Source: Glycera tridactyla
Lineage: Eukaryota
DNA length: 64,000 nucleotides
Reading direction: 5' to 3'
Assembly: GCA_965644265.1 (NCBI GenBank)
Contig: OZ286470.1
Span: 9,920,001 to 9,984,000, forward strand
The notes under the pieces are model-generated. The model was not told the origin of the DNA, did not search any database, and saw nothing but the letters and a program-made list of their open reading frames with translations. The position numbers and the translations under genes were made by a program. Below are positions 14,301-25,862 of this stretch, one piece after another; the stretch's first letter is position 1; every line of letters starts with the position of its first letter.

Positions 14301-15720
14301 ACAGACAGACAAACATACAGGCAGACAGACAGACAGATTGCTTAATTACTTCATGACACTTATGATACAAAAGATATGATCATGACTGGATTCAAGTCAC
14401 AGGGAATATTGCTAGATTCCTGGTCAAGTGCAATCTATTTGCAGCTCTACATTCACTACAAATAGGATCGATTTTAATTGCATCCAATTGGTTCGAGTTG
14501 CAAATTTTGAATTGGCTGATAATTTATATCATGAAATTTAAACTTATCAACAGAAAGGTTTAACGAGAAACACCATGGCTTTTGCAAGTCATGATGATTA
14601 CTAGCCCTCATTAAGATTCCAACACAGTTTCATTCAATAAGTTGGTGTAAAGGGGAATTACATGCATTACCTCTCATGATCTACTCTGCAATGCAGATAT
14701 GTTCCATAGTGATGTGATATTCTTACCCCAAATGATTTCGGTTAGGTTTGTATTTTGAAACAATCATGTGTTGATGTTGAGCAGGTTGGTAAAGTGGATT
14801 ATATTCCCGAGTATGTATTATGTAAAGTATATCGAAACACTGTTTCAGCAGCATGCATGGTTTCGTTAGTTTGTTACTGTTTACATGTGTATTTGACTTC
14901 CGGTTTAGGTTTGAAATGAACATGACCCCTCAGAGTGGGAAGATCCAGGGTGTATGACACTTGATTCTGATATTAATGGACTGTTCAGATCAATTCATGT
15001 CTAGTTTGTACTGTTGAGGAGAGAGATGGGTCCTCCTGTAGACTAAAAACCTGTAATGCCATCACAGTCAATGTGAGGTATTGAAGGGCAAACCATTTTT
15101 TTCGTCACTGAGACAAAATATGCAATGATGTGGAAAACAATGTTTCTATGATTTCGTCGTTATCTTGCTCCATATTTGTGAGAACTTGCTGGACACTGAT
15201 GAAATGCCTATGCAATGAGTTTATGTGTGAACATAAAGACTTCCTCTGGGTCCCTAGTGGAAGCTGGAGATCTGAGGTGTCATTTCAGATTCATGTGGGA
15301 TGTGCCTAAACACTACTTGCATATGCAATGATTAAACTTCTCTCGGGTTATTTTGGTAAATTGGTAGTATGATATGAATGATGTGTATCATATTCCAAGG
15401 ACATATCAGACACAATACCTAATTTCCATAATCAAGATTACTTAGAACTATCGCTGTCATGATAATCATCTCCAAAATTTTGTGCGATCAATGATCCACC
15501 CATATCATTTGGTGATATTAAAAAGCTCATTCATTATCAAATATTAGCAATGAGAGCATCACAGATTCCCACATATATCATACTAAGAGTGGAATTATTG
15601 AAGAAAAGTGCTCGATATGTGCATCCATTCTTTATCATAAAGGATTTATCATCAAAGAGATTGTTTACGGATTGAGGAAAAAATGATATCGAGGCTTCAC
15701 CTTGATCATTTATTCTGCAG

Positions 15721-15734
15721 ATGCCCTCTGACAG
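15721..15734 (+). CDS. Putative 14-nt microexon: MPSD(R)
   Basis: tttattctgcag|ATGCCCTCTGACAG|gtaaat. Phase 0 to phase 2 bridges the exons at 11324 and 17843. Confidence 0.45.
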
Positions 15735-15759
15735 GTAAATTTGGACTCATGTCTGCCCT

Positions 15760-16032
15760 AGCTGAACGCTCTCCTAGGCCTCTTATTTGTGATCACGAAG
15801 AAACAATCAAAACCTGCCTGTAACCCGGTGCATCCTGACTGGGATATCAAAGGCCGGCCATGTATTTGGGAGCCTTTTCTTTTACGCATGTTAAAGATCC
15901 ACTGCTGTCTTTTGCGAAGAGTAGGGACGGCCCCCGGCAGGCAGTGACTCTTTTCTTCAGCATTTTAAGTTTTTCAGTCCGATATAACCTAAGTGGATTT
16001 AAGTGATGTTAAACTCAACCGAACAAACAAAC
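15760..16032 (+). mobile_element. Degenerate SINE with AAAC-repeat tail
   Basis: Body GCATGTTAAAGATCC...GAAGAGTAGGG and 3' end TAAGTGATGTTAAACTCAACCGAACAAACAAAC resemble invertebrate tRNA-derived SINEs. The head is not clearly resolved. Confidence 0.4.
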
Positions 16033-17842
16033 CAGCCTGTTTGTGCCAGAATTGTGGGCCTTATCGAAGAGCCGATGAAACCGATGATTATATGTATTAA
16101 ATTAGGATTTCAACTTTTGATGAAACATCCCTCAAACTGGTAATAATCCTAAGTATGGCGTGACAATAGGACCATGTGTCATTTGGGACAGGAAGTAGAT
16201 TACCCCATCAGGGTATTTCATATCATTGTGATTCTCATCAAGGATGAAGGTGAAACATTATTCCAAGTGTCATCAGTTAAGTATCAGCTGATAGACGTAT
16301 GAACCATGTTGATCTTAATTAAGATAATCCCATAGCCCATCACTCTGTCATGTGTTTATCATGTCTGAGACCATTGGCCAAAATATAGTATTTGTGATGA
16401 TGGAAATCACTTTCGAATTGGATATTTGAAATTGATCAATGATTCTATAATTCCACTAACACCAATCTTGCATAATGTTGTTCATACTAACAGTTCCAAT
16501 GTTTGTATTATAATTGAAAAAATAAATGATCTCCAGACCTTTTCATGCTCTCCAAAAAAATTAGAGGTAACCCTCACACAGTTTGAAGAGCCATTGGCCC
16601 GACAATTTCAGTCAGATTGAAACATCACATACATGTGAATGACACTCTATAAAGGTCTTTCTTAGATGTAATAAAAGCCAAGATATTGTCATTGTGCTCA
16701 GAAACTCTTTGAACCCTTACTATCAGAAAAAAACCTTGAATTCAGTGGAATCCATGTTTACTTCTAAAAATGATGAGTAGTTGAATGAAGGGATTGAAAC
16801 GAAGAAAGGGCGCATTTCGGAAATGTCATCATCCAATGCAATATTACACATCCAATGATAATTCACCTCGACGTTCAAAGCTGATGAGTGTCTGTTACCT
16901 CTCATGGACACTCCGACACCAGCAGGAGCATTTCAAACTAATACTTGCTCACGGGCTATTGTTTTTGCTAGAAAAGAGAAATCTTGACATAGCTGCAAAA
17001 ATTTAGGTACGGATTTTGGCATGCTGGGAAAATGTAGAAACTGTCTTGATTACTCATTTATCCAGGTGAATGACTTTCTGTGACATTGTCGATATAATGA
17101 GAGGATCCATATTGCTCTCAAAAAAGGAGGATAATTTGACCACAGCAATAATGATTACTAAAAATTTCTTGAGTGTGACTATTCAATAGCAGTCAAATTG
17201 ACTTCCTGGTGTGATCTAAATTCGAGTGCTCTAAATATGCATAATATCAAGATTTTGTGCAGCAGAATTGAATGAATTATGAATAAATATTAACCCAGAT
17301 AAGTTTATATGGGAATCAAGTCACAATATTCTCTTACTTCAATTCAAATACGACCTTGCTTCCTCCATCCTTACTTCCACAATACAACTCCAGTTTTTGT
17401 ACCCCGCTTCAGAAAAAGAGGGCTATCATAGTTTCACCGCCATTATCTGGTCACCGGTCATACGGTCATTCAGTCATCCAACCATCTGTTCAGTCACATT
17501 TCATTCAATAACTTTTGATTGGCTAGTCCAGTGTTCATCAAACTTGATAATTATGGTCTATATAGTTACGTACCCAAAGGCCGAAGGGCAAGGACATATA
17601 TTTGAAAATTAGTACATGTGAATCTCATGCACACAACCGCTCTAACCCACCAGCTCATACAGAAATGCAACATACACAAGCACACACACATACACACACA
17701 CACACACACACACTCATTTCCAAACATTTGTCATTCATTGTTTTGTACATCAAGATATGATTCCAACTTGGATGAGAATCAGATTATTGTTATAATACAT
17801 ACTCAAACTGAGGCAGTGAAATAATACTCTCTATTGTTCCAG

Positions 17843-17900
17843 ATTCAGTGATGTAAGCACAGCATTTCCATATCAGGTCATTGACAGCAGTGAGAAGAAG
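17843..17900 (+). CDS. Host gene exon: FSDVSTAFPYQVIDSSEKK
   Basis: ctctctattgttccag acceptor and AAG|GTACAT donor. Phase 2 to phase 0. Confidence 0.6.
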
Positions 17901-19245
17901 GTACATTTGTTTTTCTACATCAGATGGATGTTTATGCATGATGATGGTTGGGGTCATGTTATTCTCAAATGAATTAGGCTTGACTTGCCATCATTTGGTG
18001 TTCTCACATGATTGATATGAAAGCGGAAAATTCTGTGATGGGTGGTTGGTTCTTCTGGTTTAACATCAGCTCCATTTGTGCTTTATTGTCATGCTCATAG
18101 GAGTATACAGCATGAGAAAAGATATGATTATCCCAGCCAAAAGTGGCAAAGACAATCTGGTATGGCTATACATGTCATCATATATGTAATGTTAATGTCA
18201 TCCAAACAGTCAGCTCATTCAGACAAAAGTCCATACGTTTTCGACCACAATGATATTTTCTTGAACACTGACAATCTTGCTCGACATCATTAATGAATAG
18301 GTCGAGTATGGGGAATAAGTGGATGATGAAGATAAATACGAAAGCAAGGAGCAAGTCTCTGAATTGATGAGTAATCAAATTTCGGAAATTGAGTCGAAAA
18401 AGTCATCTGAATGATGTGAAACTGTCAAGAGCAAGTTGAACTTCCTCTTGAAAGTATTGAAGTTGGCCGAGAAATATGTATTAGGCATGAGTCAAATCTG
18501 AAGACACCCTCTGTGAATAATTTTTTTTTTTTTTTTGAATTTGTCCTGGATATATGATCATGACCAGGGTTACTATTTCTGCAATTCACCCTTCATTTTG
18601 TGACATGGATTTATTGGAGGCATGGCTGGTATTTTACTTCTTTGCCAGTTTTCAACAAATGCCATGGCCAATCATAGCTGACGGGTGTATGTAGCCTGCC
18701 AGGCAAATTCCTATCTTCACAGCTTGACCTATAGACAAGCATGTGATCAAGGTGTATTTGGGGTGAGCTGGCAGCTGGGGCCCATTTTATGACTCCAACC
18801 AACCTATCATAATAATGCACTCTGCAAGAAATCATGAAAGAAGTGAGGGGATGGAGCACTAAGAGTCTAAGGTGAGATGATACTAGAAGATACTGTAATT
18901 GATACCTCACCAAGAAGTCATCACTGAGATGCCTGTCTCAGTGGCCAGTTAAAGCTCTTCACTTTTGATTTTACCCTTCTCCTAGTTCTACTATAGCATT
19001 AAGTGTTGTTTGGCTACTTGCAAAGCTAATAGTTATTCATGACAACCCATGGATTTTAATGAGAATATAGTGAAAATGGCAAGACATTACCCTACAATCA
19101 GATAACTACCATGAGAGGTAATTTTCTACAAGAAAAAAACCCACATGATATTGATAATTTTGTAATTTATGTATATCCCTTCAGGAAAATTCTTGGTTTG
19201 ATTGAGTATTGTTGACACAGTTCAATGTGTTCATCACATACTGGT

Positions 19246-19361
19246 AAAGTGAAATCTCTTTTGCGAGACCGGCCCAAATGCCAACCACAAGCGGTCTGTC
19301 AAGAGAGATGGTCTCTCATTGTAGGTATTTTTACTATGCCGAATAGAAGAGGTTTCACTGT
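19246..19361. mobile_element. Small MITE (Tc1/pogo-like TIRs)
   Basis: Left AGTGAAATCTCTT versus right AAGAGGTTTCACT (12/13 inverted match), with internal GAGACC/GGTCTC. Confidence 0.5.
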
Positions 19362-19433
19362 TGTAGGAATAGTGCTGTGTTGAGCTTGAATACTTGTTAC
19401 CTGTAGTCTCTTTTCTTCTGTTGGGTTATAACT

Positions 19434-19435
<2 letters not shown>

Positions 19436-19470
<35 letters not shown>
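19436..19470. repeat. (TA)n microsatellite
   Basis: Direct inspection. Confidence 0.9.
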
Positions 19471-19472
<2 letters not shown>

Positions 19473-19978
19473 TGGATGTGATAGTTCCATGGACACATGG
19501 AAAGGCATGATTTGGTGAATATATTCATTCTCAGATCATTGGAATATAATGTGGTGGAGAGAACACAATATTTGCTGATTTGAAATGTTAGCATGATACA
19601 TTGTGGTATTTGAGGGCTCAATGTTCACTTCGAGCAAGTACCCATTCTCAATTTTGTTGACCACTGCTTGCTCCCTTCCATGCGTGATGTATGTATGTTT
19701 CTTAACAAAGATGCAAGAGAAAGGCCTGTCCTATCGGTATGGTCCAACACAGCGTACCCCATGTGGATTAGTTCATGACCTATTCAAACGTGATCAGCAA
19801 GTAAGATAATCTTGGTATCAAGGACAATACTGCAATGTGTGGTGAACAGTCCTAACTGGGTCATCTGACGTATCAACAATATACTGATTAATTGATTCAT
19901 CAGGGCTCAACCTTTCTTCAACCAGGGCAGGAATCTTTGAGACTGAACTACATACTAATATTTCCATATCAATTACAG

Positions 19979-20056
19979 GTACTTCCGAGCAATGATCATC
20001 GTAAATTGATGAAAAAGAAAATCAATCACAGTGCAAGACAGGAAAGTACTCCCAAG
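19979..20056 (+). CDS. Host gene exon: VLPSNDHRKLMKKKINHSARQESTPK
   Basis: aattacag acceptor and AAG|GTAAGT donor. 78 nt, phase 0 to phase 0. Confidence 0.65.
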
Positions 20057-20157
20057 GTAAGTTTATCTGGCTGTCATTTGAGCCTTTTCATTACTATTTC
20101 TCCAGAAGAAATACAATACTTTATGGAACAATTCATGTAGCAGACTGGTGGGTTTTT

Positions 20158-23150
20158 CAATTCAATTCAATTCAATTCAATAATCTTTCATTTCTTTCTT
20201 GCATGTTGATATAGCACATTTATTCAATTCAATTCAATTCAATAACCTTTCATTTTTTTCCTGCATGTTAATATAGCACATTTATTTCCCAGTTCTCAAT
20301 ATGCGTCTCATTCATACAGTCACAATGATTTACTCAACATTCATATCATGAAAAATAATGAGGTACTCACACATGCACACTCAATCTCACACAAATTGGT
20401 ACAAAAATATATACTCTAGTCCGTAAAGGGGGATACAAGGTGTATAAACCCATTTGATGGGTATCTGATGGAGGGGGTCTGGGACCAAGACCCACAGAGT
20501 ACATATATAATCCATACTTTAATGGACTCATATTAGGAATAGATTTCCCATGAAGTACTTCACTTTGTCATTCATGATATTCTTATGTGGTGGTGCCCAG
20601 ATCCCAGGGGTCTCTTGAAGACTTCCAAGAGAATGGCGTTCTTTAGATGCTCCCCAAGGGCATTCCACAGCTTTGGCCCCCTGTGAAAATAATTTACTCG
20701 ACATTTTGAAGGACGGGGGGCAAGATACTTGATGGTGGTGTGCCCTTGCACATGTATTTCTTCAGTGGCGCTTTGTAATATATCTGGACTTCTTTCTTAT
20801 CCAGGTGGAGTTTGATTAGAATTCAAGGACATATTCATAGACAATACCACAGTAGTCGTATATGGGGGCATCAGGCTTTTATGTTGGCTGATTCAAAATT
20901 GGTCGTAATCTGCCGAGGTACTTTACTTTGCCAATTGTTTTGGCCTTGATATAATTTGCATGCAGATCAAATTTGAGACAACAATCCAGTTTTACTCCTA
21001 GGTACTAAAATTTGTAACTCTATTTGTTTGCCACCGTATTTGACCACCACTTTATAAAATTTTCCTACCATTGCTGGGGTCTCAAAAAGCATAAACTGTG
21101 TCTTGTCTACATTTGACATGAGCTTATTGGATTCATACCAGCATGCTACTGAAGCCAGGTTCCAATTGAAAATCAGTTGCATATCTTGCATGGACGAGGT
21201 CAAATATGAGAGTGCCATATCGTCTGCATATTTTAGAACAAATTCGGCATAGCATTGATGTACATAGTGAACAGTAGCGGCCCCAGGACAGATCCCTGGG
21301 ACATTCCACAGGTAAAGTATCAGAAATAACATCATTCACATGTGTGTTTACTCATATATGACCTCATCCAATCCACGGCTTGGGTGCAGAGTCCAATTTT
21401 TTTTAGTTTGATACAAAGCACATCGTGATTAACTGTATCAAATACCTGCGTAGGTCCAGGAAGAGCAGTCCACTGAGGCAGCCCCCTCCATTTCAAGAAA
21501 AATATTATCAAGGAACTAAAGCAGGCATGTCACAGTCAAGTAGCACTCCCTGAACCCAAGGGCCTGCCTTGGTGGCTCAGTGGTAGCAAGCTGGGCGAGC
21601 GTGCAATGGGTCTGGGGTTCAAACCCTGGTCCTATCATGCAGGAATGTTTCACCCTTCATCTTCACTCCTTCTTGGCAGGAGGTCTGATTTAGCCTACTC
21701 AAGTGCCAAGAGTGGACCTAAAACCTCAACATTTCAATTTTTCCCTGAACCCAACTTGGACCAGGTTAAACCTGGTCAAGAAATCACTTAGCTGCTCATG
21801 GATTATTCTTTCAAATATTTTGCTCACTGGGTTGAGTACAGTAATCGGCCTATAATTAGATGGATTTGACCTTTCTCCATCTTTGAATAGAGGGTAAATG
21901 GTGCCATTTTTCCAATTTTTTGGGAAGACAGATGTCCGAATGCTAATGTCAAAAATGTGTTTCAGTATAGGCCCATTTGATGGCAGGATCCATTTCAGTA
22001 TGGTTGGTGGTAGACCACAATCACCATCACTTTTGGAGCTTGACATTTTGTTTATTATCATAGTAATTTCCATGAGGTCAGTCATACTTAAATCAAAGAT
22101 GTCGGCAAGGGTAAACTGTGTGAATGGTCTCATGTTCTGAGCCCCCGGGAAAGTATTATAATCTGGCCAATCATAATAAAATGTTAGTTCAAGTTGTTAG
22201 CAATCCTGGCTGGATCCATGAAGTCTTTTATTTTATTAATGGTAATCTCCTACATGACCAGAAGTCTTGAATGAGTTCCCAAAATAATTTGGGATTTCCA
22301 GAAGATTCTCAATCTTCATCTCCTCTGTACATACGCTGCGGCACCTTTTTAATCAATTTGTAGCCCTCTGAGCTGACTCTTTTATCGCTTAAATACTTTT
22401 TAGCTGATCACTATTGATCCAACTGCGTTGCACATCTCTAGACCGGATATGCTCCATGGACAATATATAACGCAGAATATTAGCATAAAATAAATTAGTG
22501 GCTTGGTCAACCATTTCACAATTATAGGAACTGGTCCAGGCAAGGCTACAAATATCGTTGTTAAACTAGGGAAAGTCAATGTCACAGTAATTTTCCATTT
22601 TCAATGTAATGTCCCTTTGACACAATTTCTGCTCTTTCCTTGTTACATAAACTAATGCATGATCACTTAGTCCCAGGTCTAAGATGCCATGTTCTCTGCA
22701 ATATTCATTCCTGTTAGTAACAATACGGTTGTTTCAGTGACACGGGTAGGCTCTTGTATCAATTGATCCAGAAGGAAGTTTTTTAATTTAGTTTCTTGAT
22801 TCCATACATCTTGCTGGTTGGACTGAAATAGTTATGGCTTGAACTGATTTATTCCACTCATATATGATAGAGGTATATATTTGATACACGTACCCACTAT
22901 TGAACAAGAAATATGTTTCGAGAAATCATTGAGTTGGCCTGAAATAGACGGCACTGGATAATTTATTGTATCATGAATGTACCTGGCCAGAGTACATCCT
23001 CCATCTCCTATGAATGTTTGTACCTTTATGGCATAAAAACACAATGACTCAAATTCTTGTTGTACTTGAACATCATAAGATATATGACATCGATGTAATC
23101 AAGCAAAAAGTCCATTCTGTCACTCACTATATTGACATCACTTTTGCATA
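20158..23150 (-). mobile_element. Decayed CR1/L2-group LINE (ORF2 remnant plus 3' tail)
   Basis: Minus-strand APE remnant (QLIQEPTRVTET, ~22740), FPKNWK...SNYRPITVL (21726-22133), GLLFLDL..FDTVNH, YADD (20967-21335), and a (TTGAA)n tail at ~20158-20245. Confidence 0.8.
21560..21742 (+). mobile_element. tRNA-derived SINE nested in the LINE, with 12-bp TSD
   Basis: Box A TGGCTCAGTGG (21573-83) and box B GGTTCAAACCC (21616-26). Flanked by CCCTGAACCCAA at 21548-59 and 21743-54. Removal restores Q-V-G-F-R in the host RT. Confidence 0.8.
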
Positions 23151-23199
23151 TGAAATTACTGGATCATAAAGTGTTAACTACCATTGATTTCTTTTCCAG

Positions 23200-23242
23200 A
23201 AATTCATCATGAGCTGGGGTTGTGCACTGGAAGAGGACAATG
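23200..23242 (+). CDS. Host gene exon: KFIMSWGCALEEDN
   Basis: tttcttttccag acceptor and G|GTGAGA donor. Phase 0 to phase 1. Confidence 0.6.
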
Positions 23243-23643
23243 GTGAGAACTTTCAGCTTTTTTTTCGAAATGAGACAAAGGTAGTTCACCCTGTTATTTG
23301 GATACATTTTTCACACAATACATCCTCACTAATCACATCACTAGCCTTTTCTTCCCCAATGAAATAATGCATGTACTTCCCAGGAATTAATGGCTTCTCA
23401 TGTCAACTATCTCATTTTATTAGGAATGGTTCGGTAGACAATGTGCATATCAGACAACCATTGGCATTGTTTTGCTTGGAATATGCGCCATGTGAATGGT
23501 CATGAATTATTTGAGATGTGCACTTCAAAATGATGCATTCTTTATTTTGCAATAAGAGTCGACATGAGCATTTTAATTGTGACTGTTTGATTGATATGGT
23601 GGCTTCTTTTTGATGGAATTTTACTGATTTTATTGCAAACCAG

Positions 23644-23759
23644 CATTGGATACCATCATGGGAAGTCGAGGACTGAGTGAGTCCACAAATGCACGATATA
23701 CTGGAGCGTCAACAAGTTCTGGAAATATGTCTAACCCTGGTGTCAACAATCACCCACAG
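23644..23759 (+). CDS. Host gene exon: ALDTIMGSRGLSESTNARYTGASTSSGNMSNPGVNNHPQ
   Basis: ccag acceptor and CAG|GTATGT donor. Phase 1 start joins the previous exon (G+CA); ends in phase 0. Confidence 0.6.
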
Positions 23760-24029
23760 GTATGTGATATCATATGCAGACTTTTTAGGATGAGTCTGAA
23801 CCTCCAGGATCTACCTGTACTCTCTTCCTCAAAATTACCACTATACAGGTGGAGAGGCATACGTGTAAAGAATGGAAACAAATGATTATCATTCACATGA
23901 TTGTACTGAAACTGCATCTTACAAGGTGGACCAGGCTATCCTAATAATTATGCAAGCATGAGCTTTTTGGCTCGAGAATGTATGCTATGACTGATATACA
24001 TAGTCATACATGGATGACGAATATTGGGG

Positions 24030-24480
24030 ATTCTTACCCAGGTTCACTTCCTATGTCTCATGATGTGCCCCAGGGCTCTATCATGGGGCCGCTATCATTC
24101 ATTAGTTACATGAATTATCTGGCTGAGGTACTTTGCTCTGCAAGATGTGGATGACTCCACTTTTGCTTTGTATGGTGATTCTAGAGAAAACTTACTGAGG
24201 ACCTCAAGTTTTTGACAGATTCATTCAGATTTCATCAATATTGACCGTAAACTTACAGAAATCAAATTTCATATTTCTTGGCACTCGATATAAGATATAG
24301 GATATTTGACCTATTTTTGCCATTCAATAGCCACCGAACTGAATGTGTTCATGTTTTAAATCACTTAGAGGTACTACAAGATGAAGCTCTCAGATCTATC
24401 TGCCTGATTTCTCCCTCACAGTCTGCATCCCATAAGCCAAAGTGCCTACTTGCAAACATTCCAACAGCAAAGATTACATT
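24030..24480 (+). pseudogene. Old LINE RT fragment
   Basis: DVPQGSIMGPLSFISYMN-like motif at ~24065-24115 and an L..LQ..ALR.I-like segment downstream; heavily decayed. Confidence 0.5.
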
Positions 24481-24584
24481 TAGAGGATCAGACCTCCATA
24501 CCAACTTGTCGTTCATCAGGTGGGGTAGTATACACAATTCATGAAGTGATTGCTCTTTATCAGTGTATTTTTAACTTTTCACAG

Positions 24585-24605
24585 ACCATGCTCGATGGAA
24601 ATTGA
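24585..24605 (+). CDS. Tentative terminal coding exon TMLDGN*
   Basis: tttttaacttttcacag acceptor; the phase-0 reading stops after 6 codons. A longer phase-1 frame (HARWKLKIYKEDIV...) also exists, so this is uncertain. Confidence 0.3.
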   Translation, partial: TMLDGN

Positions 24606-25049
24606 AAATTTACAAAGAGGATATTGTAACTGTTTCCCAAGGAATACTGTTGACTTTGTCTTCAGAGTGTATGCGAAAACGAAATTTATTTGAGATTGTT
24701 CATGATTTTATATGTGGCTTGAGTATTGAGATGACATAATGTTGGCTGAATGTAAATGTGAATGTAAATAACTCTATTTTATAATAACAAGTAGAGTTAG
24801 CTACTAAACTAGTCAGTATCAATTAACTTGATTAGTAGTAACAGCACATTCATGGTTAGTGTCAATACGATCGGCTTCAAACGGTAATAATGCAAGGAAT
24901 GCAAAGAAACACCTCAAACAATGATGTGTACTAACATACTCAGGGAACAGCTTGTGGCCTGAATATTCGTTTTAAAGATCTTTGGAAAGGATAAAAGTAA
25001 AGGTAGTTTGCGAAGAAGCTCACAAAAAACAAAATATTTATGAGTTTGA

Positions 25050-25753
25050 TAATTATGCTATTGAACAAGTAAGAATAATTTCAATTTTTTTTAAGTATTA
25101 GTTGGTGAGAAGACACTGTATCTGTTGCTGTGATAGTTCCACGTATCCGCTGCTGTGAACAAGAAATTACTTTCTTACTTGTTCAAGTTGACTTTTGGTT
25201 TTCCCAGATATATTTTATCTTGATGTCTAGCGAAAGATCACGAGATGCTACCCTCGTTCCACAATAGGTCTCAATATTTTGGGGGTTCATCATCTTGGAG
25301 AAACTTGCAGCTTTGCAAAAGGAGATGTTGCTCGTGTCTTTTATCAACTGTAATTCCTCATGGAGGGCTTCCATCCTATATAATCTGGGTTTCATTAATA
25401 AAACATTGAGGACATCATGTTGTACCCTATGGAGGGCAGCAGCGTCTTTCTGATTCATTCCTAAATATATGTGACATCACAGTAATCTATGATGGGTAAT
25501 ACTAAGCTTCAAAAGAGCATCATGGCTTTGTCTTTATTCGAGACAGATCTCAATCTACTTAAGAACTTCACTCTATCGCCAGCTTTTGTTCTAGTATATG
25601 AGACATGCTCATGCTCTACCAACTGTGAAACTTCCAGGTCTTTCAAGTTGTTTACAATTTCAATGTCTTCATTTTTCAATTGTACTTCAACATTTGTGCA
25701 TTTTGCAATCCTATCCTTATAGAGAGCCTATCTGCAGCCAACACTCTAGTTGA
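25050..25753 (-). pseudogene. Older antisense LINE, 3' half (split by the 9-kb element)
   Basis: Minus strand reads LAADRLSI...IEIVNNLKDL...KFLSRLR...SLVLPIIDYCDVTY...LHRVQ, typical of the post-RT ORF2 region. The distal boundary is approximate. Confidence 0.7.
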
Positions 25754-25862
25754 GATGAGATGATGGCCGAAGCACACTGATGTGCGGATAATCCGGGGAG
25801 AGCATTTTGTCATTTTCTACTTGGTTCGATCGCATCGATCAGCAGCTTTCCAGCACGAGAGC

